NCBI GenBank assembly: GCA_025450135.1
Contig: JANWHZ010000045.1
Coordinates: forward strand, 2,634 to 66,633
Reading direction: 5' to 3'
Source of the DNA: Candidatus Saccharimonadales bacterium
Lineage (GTDB): Bacteria > Patescibacteriota > Saccharimonadia > Saccharimonadales > UBA4665
DNA: 64,000 nucleotides
Of the stretch, positions 28,719-39,244 are shown one piece after another; the stretch's first letter is position 1; each line of letters starts with the position of its first letter. Both the position numbers and the translations under genes were made by a program. The notes beneath the pieces were generated by a model. That model was not told the origin of the DNA. It worked only from the letters and a program-made list of their open reading frames with translations, and made no database searches.

Positions 28719-30077
28719 CTAGTCCTTCTTTAGAAACTGATTAAGCGCGTTACGAACGTCGCTGACACCTGACAAACTTGTAGGTTTTTTGCCAGTTCGC
28801 GGCACTGGCCCAATGACGATATCAAAACCCATTTTTTTGGCCTCAGCAATCCGCTTTTCCGCAAAGGGAACATGTCTAATCTCACCGCTCAGGCCAACTT
28901 CGCCAAATACTGCTGCATTGTCCTTCAATTGCATACCTTTTGCAGCTGAACCGATCGCCATGCAGACTGCCAGGTCTGCAGCAGGTTCGGTAATTTTGAG
29001 ACCACCGACAATATTGAGATAAATGTCTTTATCCGCTAGCTCGAGCTTTGTCCGGCGCTCTAACATTGCAACAAGTAGATTCAGCCTATTGAAATCAATC
29101 CCACTGGCGGCTCGTTTCGGATACCCGTACGAAGTCTTGTTCACCAGTGCCTGCACTTCGACCAGCAATGGTCGGCTGCCCTCAATCGTCGCAAGAACGA
29201 CCGAGCCATCACTGGCCTGACGTTCAGCAAGCAAGCTTGCCGATGGATTCTCAACCTGCTTGAGCCCGTCGCCAACCATCTCGAAAATACCCGCTTCGCT
29301 CGTTGAGCCAAATCGATTTTTCACTGCACGCAGCACCTTGAACCCACCGTAACGGTCACCATCCAACTGCAGCACCACGTCTACAACGTGTTCAAGCACT
29401 TTCGGCCCGGCAATATTACCCTCTTTTGTTACGTGACCCACCAGCACTACCGCTGTACCAGTCTGTTTTGCGGCTTGCATGATCGCGATCGTGCTATTGG
29501 TAATCTGTGAAACTGTACCAGGTGCTGCCGGTACGGCCGAAGTAGTAATAGTTTGAATCGAGTCTACAACAACTAATCGGTATGCGCCTTTGAGAATCGT
29601 AGCGACAATATCATCGGTAGATGTGCTTGTTGCAAGCTCCAGATGATTCTTCGCAATACTGAGTCGTGCGGCACGTAGTCCAATCTGATGTGCCGATTCT
29701 TCACCACTTACATATAGCACCGTAGCATCTCGCGCCACTGCTGACGCAAGCTGTAGGAGCAACGTGCTCTTGCCAATACCCGGCTCGCCAGCTAAGAGGT
29801 TCATACTGCCAGCTACAATGCCGCCACCGAATACGGAATCAGCTTCAGCGATACCAGAGACTAAGCGCGCTTGGTCTTTAGCCGTCGACGCATCTACCGT
29901 TTGCGTAGATAACAAATGTCCCGGGAATAGCGCACCGCCAGGCATCGTAGTAGCTGTGGTCACCGCCTCCTCTTCAAGCGTATTCCATTCACCGCACTCA
30001 GTGCAGCGTCCTGCCCACGCTGAATAGATTGCCCCGCAATTGCTACATACATACCGTACTGACAGTTTTTTAGCCAT
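28719..30077 (-). CDS. radA: DNA repair protein RadA/Sms
   Basis: N-terminal CxxC...CxxC zinc finger, Walker A GEPGIGKST, KNRFG motif and a Lon-like C-terminal domain. Confidence 0.95.
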   Translation of the reverse strand: MAKKLSVRYVCSNCGAIYSAWAGRCTECGEWNTLEEEAVTTATTMPGGALFPGHLLSTQTVDASTAKDQARLVSGIAEADSVFGGGIVAGSMNLLAGEPGIGKSTLLLQLASAVARDATVLYVSGEESAHQIGLRAARLSIAKNHLELATSTSTDDIVATILKGAYRLVVVDSIQTITTSAVPAAPGTVSQITNSTIAIMQAAKQTGTAVVLVGHVTKEGNIAGPKVLEHVVDVVLQLDGDRYGGFKVLRAVKNRFGSTSEAGIFEMVGDGLKQVENPSASLLAERQASDGSVVLATIEGSRPLLVEVQALVNKTSYGYPKRAASGIDFNRLNLLVAMLERRTKLELADKDIYLNIVGGLKITEPAADLAVCMAIGSAAKGMQLKDNAAVFGEVGLSGEIRHVPFAEKRIAEAKKMGFDIVIGPVPRTGKKPTSLSGVSDVRNALNQFLKKD

Positions 30078-30151
30078 GCTCCCTCACCTATTACGTCTCA
30101 GTCTAGCATGAACTGGCGCATGTTTCGTTGATGCTCAAGCAATAAGTGCCT

Positions 30152-32626
30152 TTAGCCTTCTGCTGATGCAGCGTAAGCAAGCTCACCATTCTTCGTCGCT
30201 ACCTGTACGACTTCACCAGTTGAGAATTTGTCGTCAAGTAGCTGTAACGCTAAGTAATCCTCGATGGTGTCCTGAATTAGGCGCCGGAGCGGTCGCACCC
30301 CATTAAGCGGGTCGTACCCATGCTCGAGCAGATATTGCTTAGCTGCGGGCGTCAGCTGAACGCTGATACCTTTCTTCTGCAACCGTGTTCTGAGCTCGTC
30401 AATTTGCAAATCAATAATCTTGAATATATCTTTTTTGGTTAATGCATGGAAAACGATAACTTTGTCTATGCGATTGAGAAACTCTGGCCGCATCATCTTC
30501 TTCAGCTCATCACGTACCTTTTCTGAGTTGGCTTCGTGCAGCGATTTAAGATCGTCCATATCATTGCTACTGCGCACGTGGAACCCAAAGTTTGCCTCTC
30601 TCTGGAGTTTTTCAGCACCGATGTTACTAGTCATGATGATGATCGTATTTGTAAAATCGATGGCCCTACCCTTCGCATCCGTCACATGGCCGTCCTCAAG
30701 TATCTGTAATAGAATATTGAAGACATCCGGATGTGCTTTCTCGATTTCATCGAATAGCACCAAGCTGTACGGCTGTCGGCGGATTTTGTCAAACTGGCCA
30801 CCATCATCGTAACCAACATATCCAGCTGGCGCCCCAACAAGGCGAGAAACGTTGTGGTGCTCACCAAATTCGCTCATGTCAATCTTAACTAGCGCTGATT
30901 CACTACCAAAGAACTCGCGGGCGAGCACACGTGCTAGCTCAGTTTTCCCAACTCCAGTTGGACCAAGAAATATAAATGAACCGATCGGCCGCTTCTCACT
31001 TGACACGCCGCTGCGATTACGACGTATTGCTTTAGCCACCACCTCAACAGGCTCGTTCTGACCTATAACATACTTTGACAAGGTTTTTTCAAGGTTGATG
31101 AGATATTTTGCCTCCGCGCGGATGACTTTTTTAACCGGCACGCCAGTCCAGCGTGACACCACGTCAGCCAAGTCTTCGCTGGTTAATATAATCGGATCTG
31201 AACCGCGCTTGTTGGCTTGAAGCTTGCTTAGCTCATCTGTAATTTGACTAGCACGGGTCTTTTCCTTGGCTGCCGTCTCGTAATCTTCTGTATCAGCAGC
31301 CTCTTCAATACGAGTTTGAATGAGCTTTAGTTCTTTCTGTAGCGCGCGTACTTCCGGGGATGTTCGTCCTTTGTCAACACGCAAATGGGCACTAGCCTCG
31401 TCAAGAAGGTCGATCGCTTTATCTGGCATGTAGCGATCGTTAATGTAACGCTTGGCAAAGTTAACGGCATCTTCAATGGCATCATCACTGATCTTCACAC
31501 CATGGAACTGCTCGTAATGCTTGCGCAAGCCTTTCAGAATAGCCACAGTTTCGGGCACTGTAGTTTCGGGCACCTGAATTGGCTGGAAGCGGCGCTCAAG
31601 TGCCGCATCCTTCTCAATATGTTTCTGATATTCGGCCGTAGTCGTTGCACCAACAACCTGGATTTTGCCGCGCGCCAGAGCTGGCTTCAAAATATTACCT
31701 GCATCCATCGCACCCTCAGCGGCGCCAGCCCCAACGATAGTATGCAGTTCGTCAATGAAAATTATCGTTTGCTTATCCTTCTCTAACTCGGCAAGAACCT
31801 TTTTTAAGCGTTCTTCGAACTCGCCCCGGTACTTAGTGCCAGCGATCATACCTGCTAAGTCAAGCATCACAATGCGTTTGTCGAGCAGACTGTCAGGCAC
31901 ATCCTCGCTAACAATGCGCTGTGCTAGACCCTCCACAATAGCCGTCTTACCTACACCAGGCTCCCCGATGAGGACAGGGTTATTCTTGGTGCGGCGATTC
32001 AATATAGTAACTACCCGCTTAATCTGGTTCTCGCGACCTACTACCGGATCGAGTTTGCCGGCACGTGCTTGTGCTGTCAGGTCGGTCCCGAAGAAGTCAA
32101 GCGCTGTACGTTTACCCTTCTTGCCGGTGCGGCGAAGTGTCTCCCCGTCGGCACCTTCTTGCTCTTCATATTGTTGGCGATTCAAGAACTGTTCTAATTC
32201 ATTCACGAGCGCATCAACGTCAGTGTTAAGGTCACGGAGTAAGCGCGTCGCGCGGGCATTCTTTTGGCTTAAGATACTGTATAAAATATGCTCGGTACCG
32301 CAGTATTCTTGCCCATAGTCCTGCGCCACGTCGTACGCCATCCGAAGCGTCAACTTGGCTGTCTCAGAGAGCCCTTTAGCGCCCATATTGATGACAAGCG
32401 TCTTTGGTGTCATGTTGAGCGCCAGACGTGCACGATCAAGCGTTACGCCTGCGTTTTCCAGAATCTTCGCCCCCATGCTTGATTCCTGAGCTAAAACGCC
32501 AAGCAGTAAATGCTCGGTACCAATGTATGCGCTACCGAAACTCCGAGCAATTGCGTCGGCATGCTTCAAACTCTGCAACGCATTCGTTGTTAGATGGTTT
32601 AGAAATTCTTGAAAATCAGGTGTCAT
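30152..32626 (-). CDS. clpC: AAA+ chaperone/unfoldase ClpC (Clp ATPase with short UVR-like middle domain)
   Basis: Two Clp_N repeats, two AAA modules ([16 protein letters not shown]), a short M-domain with [10 protein letters not shown] (UVR-like) and an NFGF loop. Start placed at ATG 32626 ([12 protein letters not shown]...) with AAGAGGA SD. The track GTG at 32761 lies inside CIRCE. Confidence 0.88.
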   Translation of the reverse strand: MTPDFQEFLNHLTTNALQSLKHADAIARSFGSAYIGTEHLLLGVLAQESSMGAKILENAGVTLDRARLALNMTPKTLVINMGAKGLSETAKLTLRMAYDVAQDYGQEYCGTEHILYSILSQKNARATRLLRDLNTDVDALVNELEQFLNRQQYEEQEGADGETLRRTGKKGKRTALDFFGTDLTAQARAGKLDPVVGRENQIKRVVTILNRRTKNNPVLIGEPGVGKTAIVEGLAQRIVSEDVPDSLLDKRIVMLDLAGMIAGTKYRGEFEERLKKVLAELEKDKQTIIFIDELHTIVGAGAAEGAMDAGNILKPALARGKIQVVGATTTAEYQKHIEKDAALERRFQPIQVPETTVPETVAILKGLRKHYEQFHGVKISDDAIEDAVNFAKRYINDRYMPDKAIDLLDEASAHLRVDKGRTSPEVRALQKELKLIQTRIEEAADTEDYETAAKEKTRASQITDELSKLQANKRGSDPIILTSEDLADVVSRWTGVPVKKVIRAEAKYLINLEKTLSKYVIGQNEPVEVVAKAIRRNRSGVSSEKRPIGSFIFLGPTGVGKTELARVLAREFFGSESALVKIDMSEFGEHHNVSRLVGAPAGYVGYDDGGQFDKIRRQPYSLVLFDEIEKAHPDVFNILLQILEDGHVTDAKGRAIDFTNTIIIMTSNIGAEKLQREANFGFHVRSSNDMDDLKSLHEANSEKVRDELKKMMRPEFLNRIDKVIVFHALTKKDIFKIIDLQIDELRTRLQKKGISVQLTPAAKQYLLEHGYDPLNGVRPLRRLIQDTIEDYLALQLLDDKFSTGEVVQVATKNGELAYAASAEG

Positions 32627-32743
32627 ATTCGCGTATCCTCTTTTTACAGCGAACGGTTTACCCCGCACCCCTTGTATAACAGAATTAGGCATATTTAGCA
32701 GTGTGCTTTTGATCCGCCATTCGCAGTTCAGATCAATATATTT

Positions 32744-32781
32744 ATCATACGCACCTAGCACTCATAGGTCAAGAGTGCTAG
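32744..32781 (-). promoter_or_regulatory. CIRCE-type operator with embedded promoter of clpC
   Basis: 32755-32781 reads CTAGCACTC-ATAGGTCAA-GAGTGCTAG, matching CIRCE except for the two outermost bases and still a perfect inverted repeat. Gene strand: TTGACC (32767-32772), 17 nt, TATGAT (32744-32749). Confidence 0.8.
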
Positions 32782-32892
32782 TTACTGCATTTTTACCCCT
32801 AATATATGGGCCACGGAGATTCCTATGCAGAGGAAATGTCTTACCTAATTGAGGAATCTATATTGTTACTAACTTCCGCTCGAGAAAAGGAA

Positions 32893-33381
32893 CTATTCAG
32901 GCCTCACCCTGACCACGGCATGACGGATGACATCACTGCCAATCTTATAGCCGGCTTGGAGTTCTTCGCTGACAATCTCCTTTTGACCCTCACCCTCTTC
33001 TACACTAATGGCCTCATGCATATTGGGATCGAATGGTTGGCCAACTGTTAGAATTCGCTCAACCCCCATAGCCTCTAGTGTCTTTTCGAATTGCTTGACA
33101 ATGCCCTGGACGCCTTTGACATAGTCGTTACTTTCTAGCTCGGCGGGAACATGCTTCAGAGCACGCTCAAAGTTATCAATTACAGGGAGTAAACCGGTCA
33201 TAACAGTTGCTTTCACGGTTGCCCGAACGTTAGCGAGCTGCTCATCGAAGTGGCGGCGTTGGTTAATAGCGTCGGCTCGTTCACGTTGCAAAGCCGCGGT
33301 CAACACAGCAACCTGGGTCTCAAGCTCGGCGATACGTGGGTCACTATGGGCGTGAGGCTGTTTGCTAGTATCTTTCGCCAT
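32893..33381 (-). CDS. grpE: Nucleotide exchange factor GrpE
   Basis: Coiled-coil N-terminus and a GrpE C-terminal block (LLPVIDNFERAL...FDPNMHEA...V.V). Start placed at ATG 33381 (MAKDTSKQ), overlapping the hrcA 3' end by 17 nt. Confidence 0.9.
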   Translation of the reverse strand: MAKDTSKQPHAHSDPRIAELETQVAVLTAALQRERADAINQRRHFDEQLANVRATVKATVMTGLLPVIDNFERALKHVPAELESNDYVKGVQGIVKQFEKTLEAMGVERILTVGQPFDPNMHEAISVEEGEGQKEIVSEELQAGYKIGSDVIRHAVVRVRPE

Positions 33382-34096
33382 ACATCGCCTCCTCCAACTC
33401 TTCGCCTGCACGACGGACAAGCAACATTACATCACGATAGCTCTGTCGAGTAGGCCCGAGCACACCGATATAGCTACGATCACTCCACGGTCCGCGGAAA
33501 CGGCTAACGATCAGGCTACAACCGGCACTACGACCAATCGGGTTTTCAGCACCTATATACACGCTTAATGGCTCGTTTAACGCAGCTTCGTGTAACCAGG
33601 GCTCAAGATTGTCCAGTAGCTGAGCAACTTGGCGGACTTGGCCACTGTTGATAAATTCTGGCTGGCCAAACAGGTTTGACAAGCCGCTCATGTACAACTG
33701 GTTGCCAATAGTAGCCAAGCCAAGATTATGCGTCAGCTCGACAAGCGTATCAACGGCGTTACGCACCGTACGCTCGGGTACCCCGCCTTGCGCCACACGG
33801 GTCGCTAAAGCTCGTGTCGCGTGACGTTCAGGCACTGAAGATTCCTGACGATCAGCATGCTCCTCTGCGATACTATTCACATAGAAACGGTAACCTTTAT
33901 CTGTTGGAATGCGGCCTGCACTGGTATGTGGCTGCATGATAAAACCAAGGTGTTCTAGTTCTACCATCTCAGTACGAATAGTGGCTGACGAAACATTAAA
34001 CGCTTTAGCTAGTAAGTTGCTGCCTACTGGGCTCGCTACTTCCGCGTATTGCTCTACAATCGCATTCAGAATTTGACGTTGTCTTTCGGTCATCAT
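33365..34096 (-). CDS. hrcA: Heat-inducible transcription repressor HrcA
   Basis: MMTERQRQILNAIVEQYAEVASPVGSNLLA...SATIR.EM..LE..GF...PHTSAGRIPTDKGYRFYV is a canonical HrcA winged-helix N-terminus. Confidence 0.92.
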   Translation of the reverse strand: MMTERQRQILNAIVEQYAEVASPVGSNLLAKAFNVSSATIRTEMVELEHLGFIMQPHTSAGRIPTDKGYRFYVNSIAEEHADRQESSVPERHATRALATRVAQGGVPERTVRNAVDTLVELTHNLGLATIGNQLYMSGLSNLFGQPEFINSGQVRQVAQLLDNLEPWLHEAALNEPLSVYIGAENPIGRSAGCSLIVSRFRGPWSDRSYIGVLGPTRQSYRDVMLLVRRAGEELEEAMYGERY

Positions 34097-34120
34097 TTCG
34101 ATCTAGCCTTTACTGACAAG

Positions 34121-34159
34121 ATTGTATAATCTTTAGCACTCGAAGGTCAAGATTGCTAA
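34121..34159 (-). promoter_or_regulatory. CIRCE-like operator with embedded promoter of hrcA-grpE
   Basis: 34133-34159 reads TTAGCACTC-GAAGGTCAA-GATTGCTAA, with one mismatch in the right arm. Gene strand: TTGACC (34145-34150), 18 nt, TACAAT (34121-34126). Confidence 0.75.
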
Positions 34160-34165
34160 TATCAT

Positions 34166-34597
34166 TTACAGACGAATCGCGGATACGGAAGGCACTGTGA
34201 GCCAGGCGGTCTGAAGACCGAAGCCGCTTTTATCAATATGAAATGGCTTGACTGCCTGAATATCCTCTAGAAACACCAGAACACAGTACTGCTTGTCTCG
34301 GAACAAGGCCTCATAGTACGGCATATCCTGGGCCGCGATTCCGTCATCCTCGCCATAAAAATCAAGAATATCACTAAGACGCTGTGGATTTAAACCGTCA
34401 AACTCAAGCACGTGTGACACGGTGGCCCTGGCCATTATCGGCTCACCGGCATCCTTGAAATATACCAATTCACCTTCTTTAACCTTGCCCCAAGGGCCTG
34501 ACTGGTTCATCAGCCAACGCGATTCAATGGTCTTATGCCCGTTTAAGAGTTTCGGGAGAAGACCCCAAGATTTTTTCATTATCGCGACATGTTCCAT
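34166..34597 (-). CDS. ASCH (PUA-like) domain protein
   Basis: 143 aa. The N-terminal MKKSWGLLPKLLNGHKTIESRW resembles the ASCH-domain opening. Recognised by eye only. Confidence 0.55.
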   Translation of the reverse strand: MEHVAIMKKSWGLLPKLLNGHKTIESRWLMNQSGPWGKVKEGELVYFKDAGEPIMARATVSHVLEFDGLNPQRLSDILDFYGEDDGIAAQDMPYYEALFRDKQYCVLVFLEDIQAVKPFHIDKSGFGLQTAWLTVPSVSAIRL

Positions 34598-34639
34598 TAG
34601 TTAATACTATAAACTAATTAGCCAAGCTTGTCTATCGCT

Positions 34640-35806
34640 CTATTCGCCGTGTTCTTCGATAGCTTTCAGCAGACTGTCTTCGAGGTCACTCTTCTTCTTG
34701 AGCTTGGTGGCCTTAGCAGCCGGAACAGCAGCTGGAGCGGTCGGCTCAGCAGCAGCGCGCACAATATCCTTGTCAGGTTCGACATCAAGTTCATAGCCAG
34801 TTAGCTTGCTCGCTAAGCGTACGTTCTGCCCGTTCTTACCGATAGCAATACTCAATTGATCCTCAGGTACCAAAACACGAGCCTTTTTAGTATCTTTATC
34901 GAGAATGACACGTGATACTTTAGTTGGGCTCAATGCATTTTTAATATAATCAACCGAGTCTTCGGCCCATACGACGATGTCAATCTTTTCCTGATCACCA
35001 ACTTCACTCATAACAGCATTGACACGTGTACCATGGCCCCCGACAAACGTGCCGACTGGGTCAACGCCCTGAACATTACTATGCACAGCGATTTTGCTGC
35101 GTACGCCAGCCTCACGAGCAACACCTTTGATGTCAACGGCGCCGTTATCCATTTCCGGTACTTCAGCGCGAAATAGCCACTCGATAAACTGCGGGCAACC
35201 ACGAGATACGACTAATTGCGGGCCACGAGGACCACGTTCAACGTCTTTTAGGTAAGCCTTGATACGTTGGCCAGGGTAATAATGCTCACCTTGGATTTGT
35301 TCACTTCGTGGCATGATGCCTTGCGCATGACCGAGATCGATGCGTAAAATATTACCCTCGACACGGGTTACGAGGGCATTAATAACGGTACCGATCTTGT
35401 CTTCATATTCAGCCAGTACAATCTCGCGCTCAGCCTCACGCAAACGTTGCAATATGACTTGCTTAGCCGTTTGGGCGGCCACACGGCCAAAATCAGTTAC
35501 TTTTTCATGCATTTCTACCGTCTCACCGAGCGCTGCATTTTTCCGCATCGCCTGTGCGTCTTTGAGCGAGATCTCATATGTTGGGTTCTCAACAGTCTCA
35601 ACAATTTCCTTAGCTACGTACACATCCACATCACCTGTATTAAGATTCATAGTGACGCGGACGTCCTGTTCGCGCTCACCGTAGTCGCGACGGTAGGCTG
35701 CAGCCAGAGCCTGTTCAACAATTTCCTGGACTGTCGCTTCGGGCAAGTTCTTCTCTTCGGCGATGGCTCGGATTGCAACCGCAAGTTGTTTAAAATCCAT
35801 TTCCAT
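34640..35806 (-). CDS. nusA: Transcription termination/antitermination factor NusA
   Basis: NusA N-terminal domain, S1 and two KH domains (...LSIAIGKNGQNVRLASKLTG...). Start placed at ATG 35806 (MEMDFKQL) with AAAGGAGAAAAT SD. Confidence 0.93.
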   Translation of the reverse strand: MEMDFKQLAVAIRAIAEEKNLPEATVQEIVEQALAAAYRRDYGEREQDVRVTMNLNTGDVDVYVAKEIVETVENPTYEISLKDAQAMRKNAALGETVEMHEKVTDFGRVAAQTAKQVILQRLREAEREIVLAEYEDKIGTVINALVTRVEGNILRIDLGHAQGIMPRSEQIQGEHYYPGQRIKAYLKDVERGPRGPQLVVSRGCPQFIEWLFRAEVPEMDNGAVDIKGVAREAGVRSKIAVHSNVQGVDPVGTFVGGHGTRVNAVMSEVGDQEKIDIVVWAEDSVDYIKNALSPTKVSRVILDKDTKKARVLVPEDQLSIAIGKNGQNVRLASKLTGYELDVEPDKDIVRAAAEPTAPAAVPAAKATKLKKKSDLEDSLLKAIEEHGE

Positions 35807-35934
35807 ATTTTCTCCTTTACTCAGCTTGATATGAAAAAAGCCGACCTGCCGGCCGACCATAACACTAAGTTTAAGTATAACGCGCTCCGATCTATTGTCA
35901 ATGTAGCATTAGAATACTGACGCAGCCTTGCACA

Positions 35935-35943
35935 TGGTATCCT
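35935..35943 (+). promoter_or_regulatory. Extended -10 element (TGgTATCCT) placed 6 nt before the pepN ATG
   Basis: TGGTATCCT-aagata-ATG(35950), with no SD. The geometry fits a leaderless transcript. Confidence 0.35.
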
Positions 35944-35949
35944 AAGATA

Positions 35950-38529
35950 ATGAGATCTGTTGCGAGACTGTACAAAAATTTCCAGCCTAACCATTATGAG
36001 CTTACGATTACTCCTGACGTAGATTCGCTAACGTTCAGCGGACATGTCACCATTCGAGGCAAAAAAGTTGGCCGACCAAGTCAACGATTAACCTTTCACC
36101 AACACGAGTTGAAGATTAAGAGTGCCAAGGTTATCCGACGTGATAAAAAGGGCATCCACGAGCACGCGGTGGTACGCATCAATAAGCAAGACACTCTCCA
36201 GGAGGTGCGATTACACACCGGCGAGCTTCTGTATCCAGGTGACTATGAGGTTGAGCTTAGCTTTGACGGAGTTATAACAACGCATGCTACCGGATTGTAT
36301 ACCTCTACATTTACGCTCGACGGGCAGGAGCACACCATATTGGTAACCCAACTAGAGAGCCACTATGCCCGAGAGATTTTTCCTTCGATTGACGAACCAG
36401 AGGCTAAGGCTACATTCAGATTGACGCTAATTGCACCCTCAGACAAAGTAGTGCTTTCCAATACACCGGTAGCGAAGCAAGAACCAGTTGCAGGGCAACA
36501 ACACCTGCTTGCCACCACATTTGAGGCTACACCCAGAATGTCAACATACTTACTTGCCTTTGTTGTGGGCGAACTGAATAGTAAGACAACTCACACGAAG
36601 CGGGGGACGAGTGTATCGATATGGGCAACTATCGCTCAACCAACAGATTCGCTTGACTACGCACTTGATGTTGCGCGTCGGACAATTGAATTTTTTGAGG
36701 ATTATTTTGACGTCCACTACCCATTGTCGAAAGCAGACTATGTGGCAATACCTGACATGGGCGGGAGCACTGCGGCCATGGAGAATTGGGGCCTCATCAC
36801 ATACCGCGAAAGCACATTGCTAGCATATCCAGGTGAACTATCGCAGGCAACGCGAGAGTATATAGCGATTGTTATTGCCCACGAAACTGCGCACCAGTGG
36901 TTTGGCAATTTGGTCACCATGAAATGGTGGGACAATCTTTGGCTGAACGAAAGTTTTGCCAATATGATGGAATATCGTGCCGTAGACGCGCTGTTTCCCG
37001 AGTGGCACATTTGGAGTCAGTTTGTCGCGCATGAAGGCATCTTAGCGCTGCGGCGTGACGCTACAGCAGGAGTGCAAGCGGTTGAGGTCGCAGTTCACCA
37101 TCCTACAGAGATTAACGCCATATTCGACCCATACATTGTCTACGCTAAAGGCGGACGCCTGCTCTATATGCTTATGCAGTATGTCGGCGAGCCAGTATTC
37201 CGAAAGGGTTTAACAGCGTACTTTAAGCGCCACGCCTTCGGTAATACTACTGGTGACGACCTGTGGCAGGCGCTGGGTGATGTCACTGGCTTGGATCTCG
37301 TGCAATTCATGCATGGTTGGCTCAAACGTTCGGGATTCCCTGTCGTGTCCGTTTCTCAGCAGGGCAAGCATGTTGCATTCAGCCAAGTGCACTTTATGGA
37401 AAACGGGGCTGCAGATGATGGCCAGATTTGGCCAGTGCCTTTGTTCGGCAGCAATAAGCAGTTGCCTCAGTTACTTGCCAGGTCTGACAGTAAGACAACG
37501 CTCAGCTCGGACAAGTTCATTCGTATCAACCAAGATTTCGCAGGACACTACATCGTCCATTACACCAAACCCGAACATCGTGCCTGGCTAGAGAGCCTCG
37601 TGCACAGCCAGGAATTGAGTACGCCGGACCGCCTCATGCTGCTCAATAGCGCGAGTATGCTAACCAAAGCTGGCTACGAACCTTTTGCGGATGTCCTCAG
37701 ACTACTTAACGCTTACGAGGGCGAGACTGACGAGGCTGTATGGGGGACAATGAGCTTAATAATTGGCGAGTGCCGCCGTTTCGTAAACTGGGATGAGTCG
37801 CTAGAAGCGCCGATAAAAGTGATGGTCCGTAGATTAATTGACCACGAATACCATCGCTTAGGCTGGACCGAGAAAGATAACGAATCGTCAGAAGACCGTA
37901 AATTGCGGGCAACCATTATCGGGCTAGGTGCCTACGCCGAGCAACCAGAAGTAGTAGCACATTGTCTTAATATATTTGACGCATACCTCGAGAACCCTGC
38001 GACGCTTCTCACTGAACTACGAAGCGTCATATTCAGTGTTGCTGTCCGTGAAAAGCACGGGAATGCAGTTGAGCACCTCCTAGCGCTTCACGATACAACA
38101 TCGAATAGCGAGTTGCGTGAGGATATTGCTGCCGGGCTATCTGCTACACGCGATACAAAGCTAGCAAAAGAACTACTTGCACGGTTACTCGACCCAAAAT
38201 TGGTTCGCCCGCAAGACGCAATACATTGGCTAGTATTTATCCTCCGTAATCGGCACACCAAACAAATCGCGTGGGAATGGTTGACGAGCCATTGGGATTG
38301 GGTCAAATATGCATTCGGAAATGAGAATGCATATGATGATTTCCCGCGCTTTATGGCGAGTGTCTGTGACACACCAGAATGGCAGCGCAGATACAAGCAG
38401 TACTTCACAGCGAAGCTACACGAACCAGCATTACAGCGTAATATCGAAATCGGTATGAACGAGATAGCCACTCGGGTTGCATGGCTAGAACGTGATCTCA
38501 TAAGCGTGCAGAAGTTCTTTAAAGGATAG
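35950..38529 (+). CDS. pepN: Aminopeptidase N (M1 family)
   Basis: AMENWG exopeptidase motif and the HETAHQWFGN...WLNESFA zinc motif (HEXXH-X18-E). 859 aa. Confidence 0.92.
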   Translation: MRSVARLYKNFQPNHYELTITPDVDSLTFSGHVTIRGKKVGRPSQRLTFHQHELKIKSAKVIRRDKKGIHEHAVVRINKQDTLQEVRLHTGELLYPGDYEVELSFDGVITTHATGLYTSTFTLDGQEHTILVTQLESHYAREIFPSIDEPEAKATFRLTLIAPSDKVVLSNTPVAKQEPVAGQQHLLATTFEATPRMSTYLLAFVVGELNSKTTHTKRGTSVSIWATIAQPTDSLDYALDVARRTIEFFEDYFDVHYPLSKADYVAIPDMGGSTAAMENWGLITYRESTLLAYPGELSQATREYIAIVIAHETAHQWFGNLVTMKWWDNLWLNESFANMMEYRAVDALFPEWHIWSQFVAHEGILALRRDATAGVQAVEVAVHHPTEINAIFDPYIVYAKGGRLLYMLMQYVGEPVFRKGLTAYFKRHAFGNTTGDDLWQALGDVTGLDLVQFMHGWLKRSGFPVVSVSQQGKHVAFSQVHFMENGAADDGQIWPVPLFGSNKQLPQLLARSDSKTTLSSDKFIRINQDFAGHYIVHYTKPEHRAWLESLVHSQELSTPDRLMLLNSASMLTKAGYEPFADVLRLLNAYEGETDEAVWGTMSLIIGECRRFVNWDESLEAPIKVMVRRLIDHEYHRLGWTEKDNESSEDRKLRATIIGLGAYAEQPEVVAHCLNIFDAYLENPATLLTELRSVIFSVAVREKHGNAVEHLLALHDTTSNSELREDIAAGLSATRDTKLAKELLARLLDPKLVRPQDAIHWLVFILRNRHTKQIAWEWLTSHWDWVKYAFGNENAYDDFPRFMASVCDTPEWQRRYKQYFTAKLHEPALQRNIEIGMNEIATRVAWLERDLISVQKFFKG

Positions 38530-38582
38530 AACTAGGCACCGAAATGTGTTACTAACGGCACATAATGCTGCTTACATAGCAT

Positions 38583-39179
38583 TTATTGAGTTGGACGTGT
38601 AATCCGAGACGATTCTTCGCTGATACATTTAACCGGCGCAAAGCTGCGGCGATGTAGGGCACAGACGCCAGATTGACGCAGTGCTGACATATGTGCGGCC
38701 GTGCCATACCCTACGTGGCGGGCAAAACCATAACCAGGATATATTTGATCCATTTCTGCCATATAGCGATCGCGTGTTACCTTAGCAATGATACTCGCCG
38801 CACTGACTGTCGGTTCCAAACTGTCTGCCTTAACAAGCGTCCGTGTATGTGATACGTCGGGTAGAAAGTTAAAACTTCCATCAATAATGATCAGGTCAAA
38901 TGATGCAGCAATTCCGGTAAGTGCTCGATGATACGCTAGGCTTAACGCTGCCGTTAATCCCAACATGTCAATTTCATTGTTAGTCGCTGCACCGATTGCC
39001 ACTGCTAACGCCGATGCTTGAATAGCAGCAGCAAGCACTTCGCGCTTGTTTTTAGACAGAATTTTGGAGTCGCGCAATCCTATAATTGGCTCAGCAAGAA
39101 TGACCGCCCCTACCATCACTGGCCCGGCCCAGCATCCTCGCCCCACTTCGTCCATCCCCAAGATCACCTGACGACCCAT
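38583..39179 (-). CDS. rnhB: Ribonuclease HII
   Basis: GMDEVGRGCWAGPV catalytic block and ...DSK.LS...R... over 198 aa. Confidence 0.92.
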   Translation of the reverse strand: MGRQVILGMDEVGRGCWAGPVMVGAVILAEPIIGLRDSKILSKNKREVLAAAIQASALAVAIGAATNNEIDMLGLTAALSLAYHRALTGIAASFDLIIIDGSFNFLPDVSHTRTLVKADSLEPTVSAASIIAKVTRDRYMAEMDQIYPGYGFARHVGYGTAAHMSALRQSGVCALHRRSFAPVKCISEESSRITRPTQ

Positions 39180-39244
39180 ATGTGACTATATTAAACCAAA
39201 AATCCCCAACACATAGTTGGGGATCAGTGAGTTTGTAAGTAAAA

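Noticed and set aside
31665-32318. 217-aa plus-strand ORF
   Set aside because: It is antisense to clpC and Ser/Pro/Arg-rich, so it is a shadow ORF.
32764-32772. GGTCAA in the CIRCE spacers (also 34145-34150, and AGTCAA at 12764-12769) as CtsR half-sites
   Set aside because: The CtsR operator is a direct repeat of two (A/G)GTCAAA heptads separated by 3 nt. Only one heptad-like copy is present at each site, and it is simply the reverse complement of the -35 box TTGAC(C/T).
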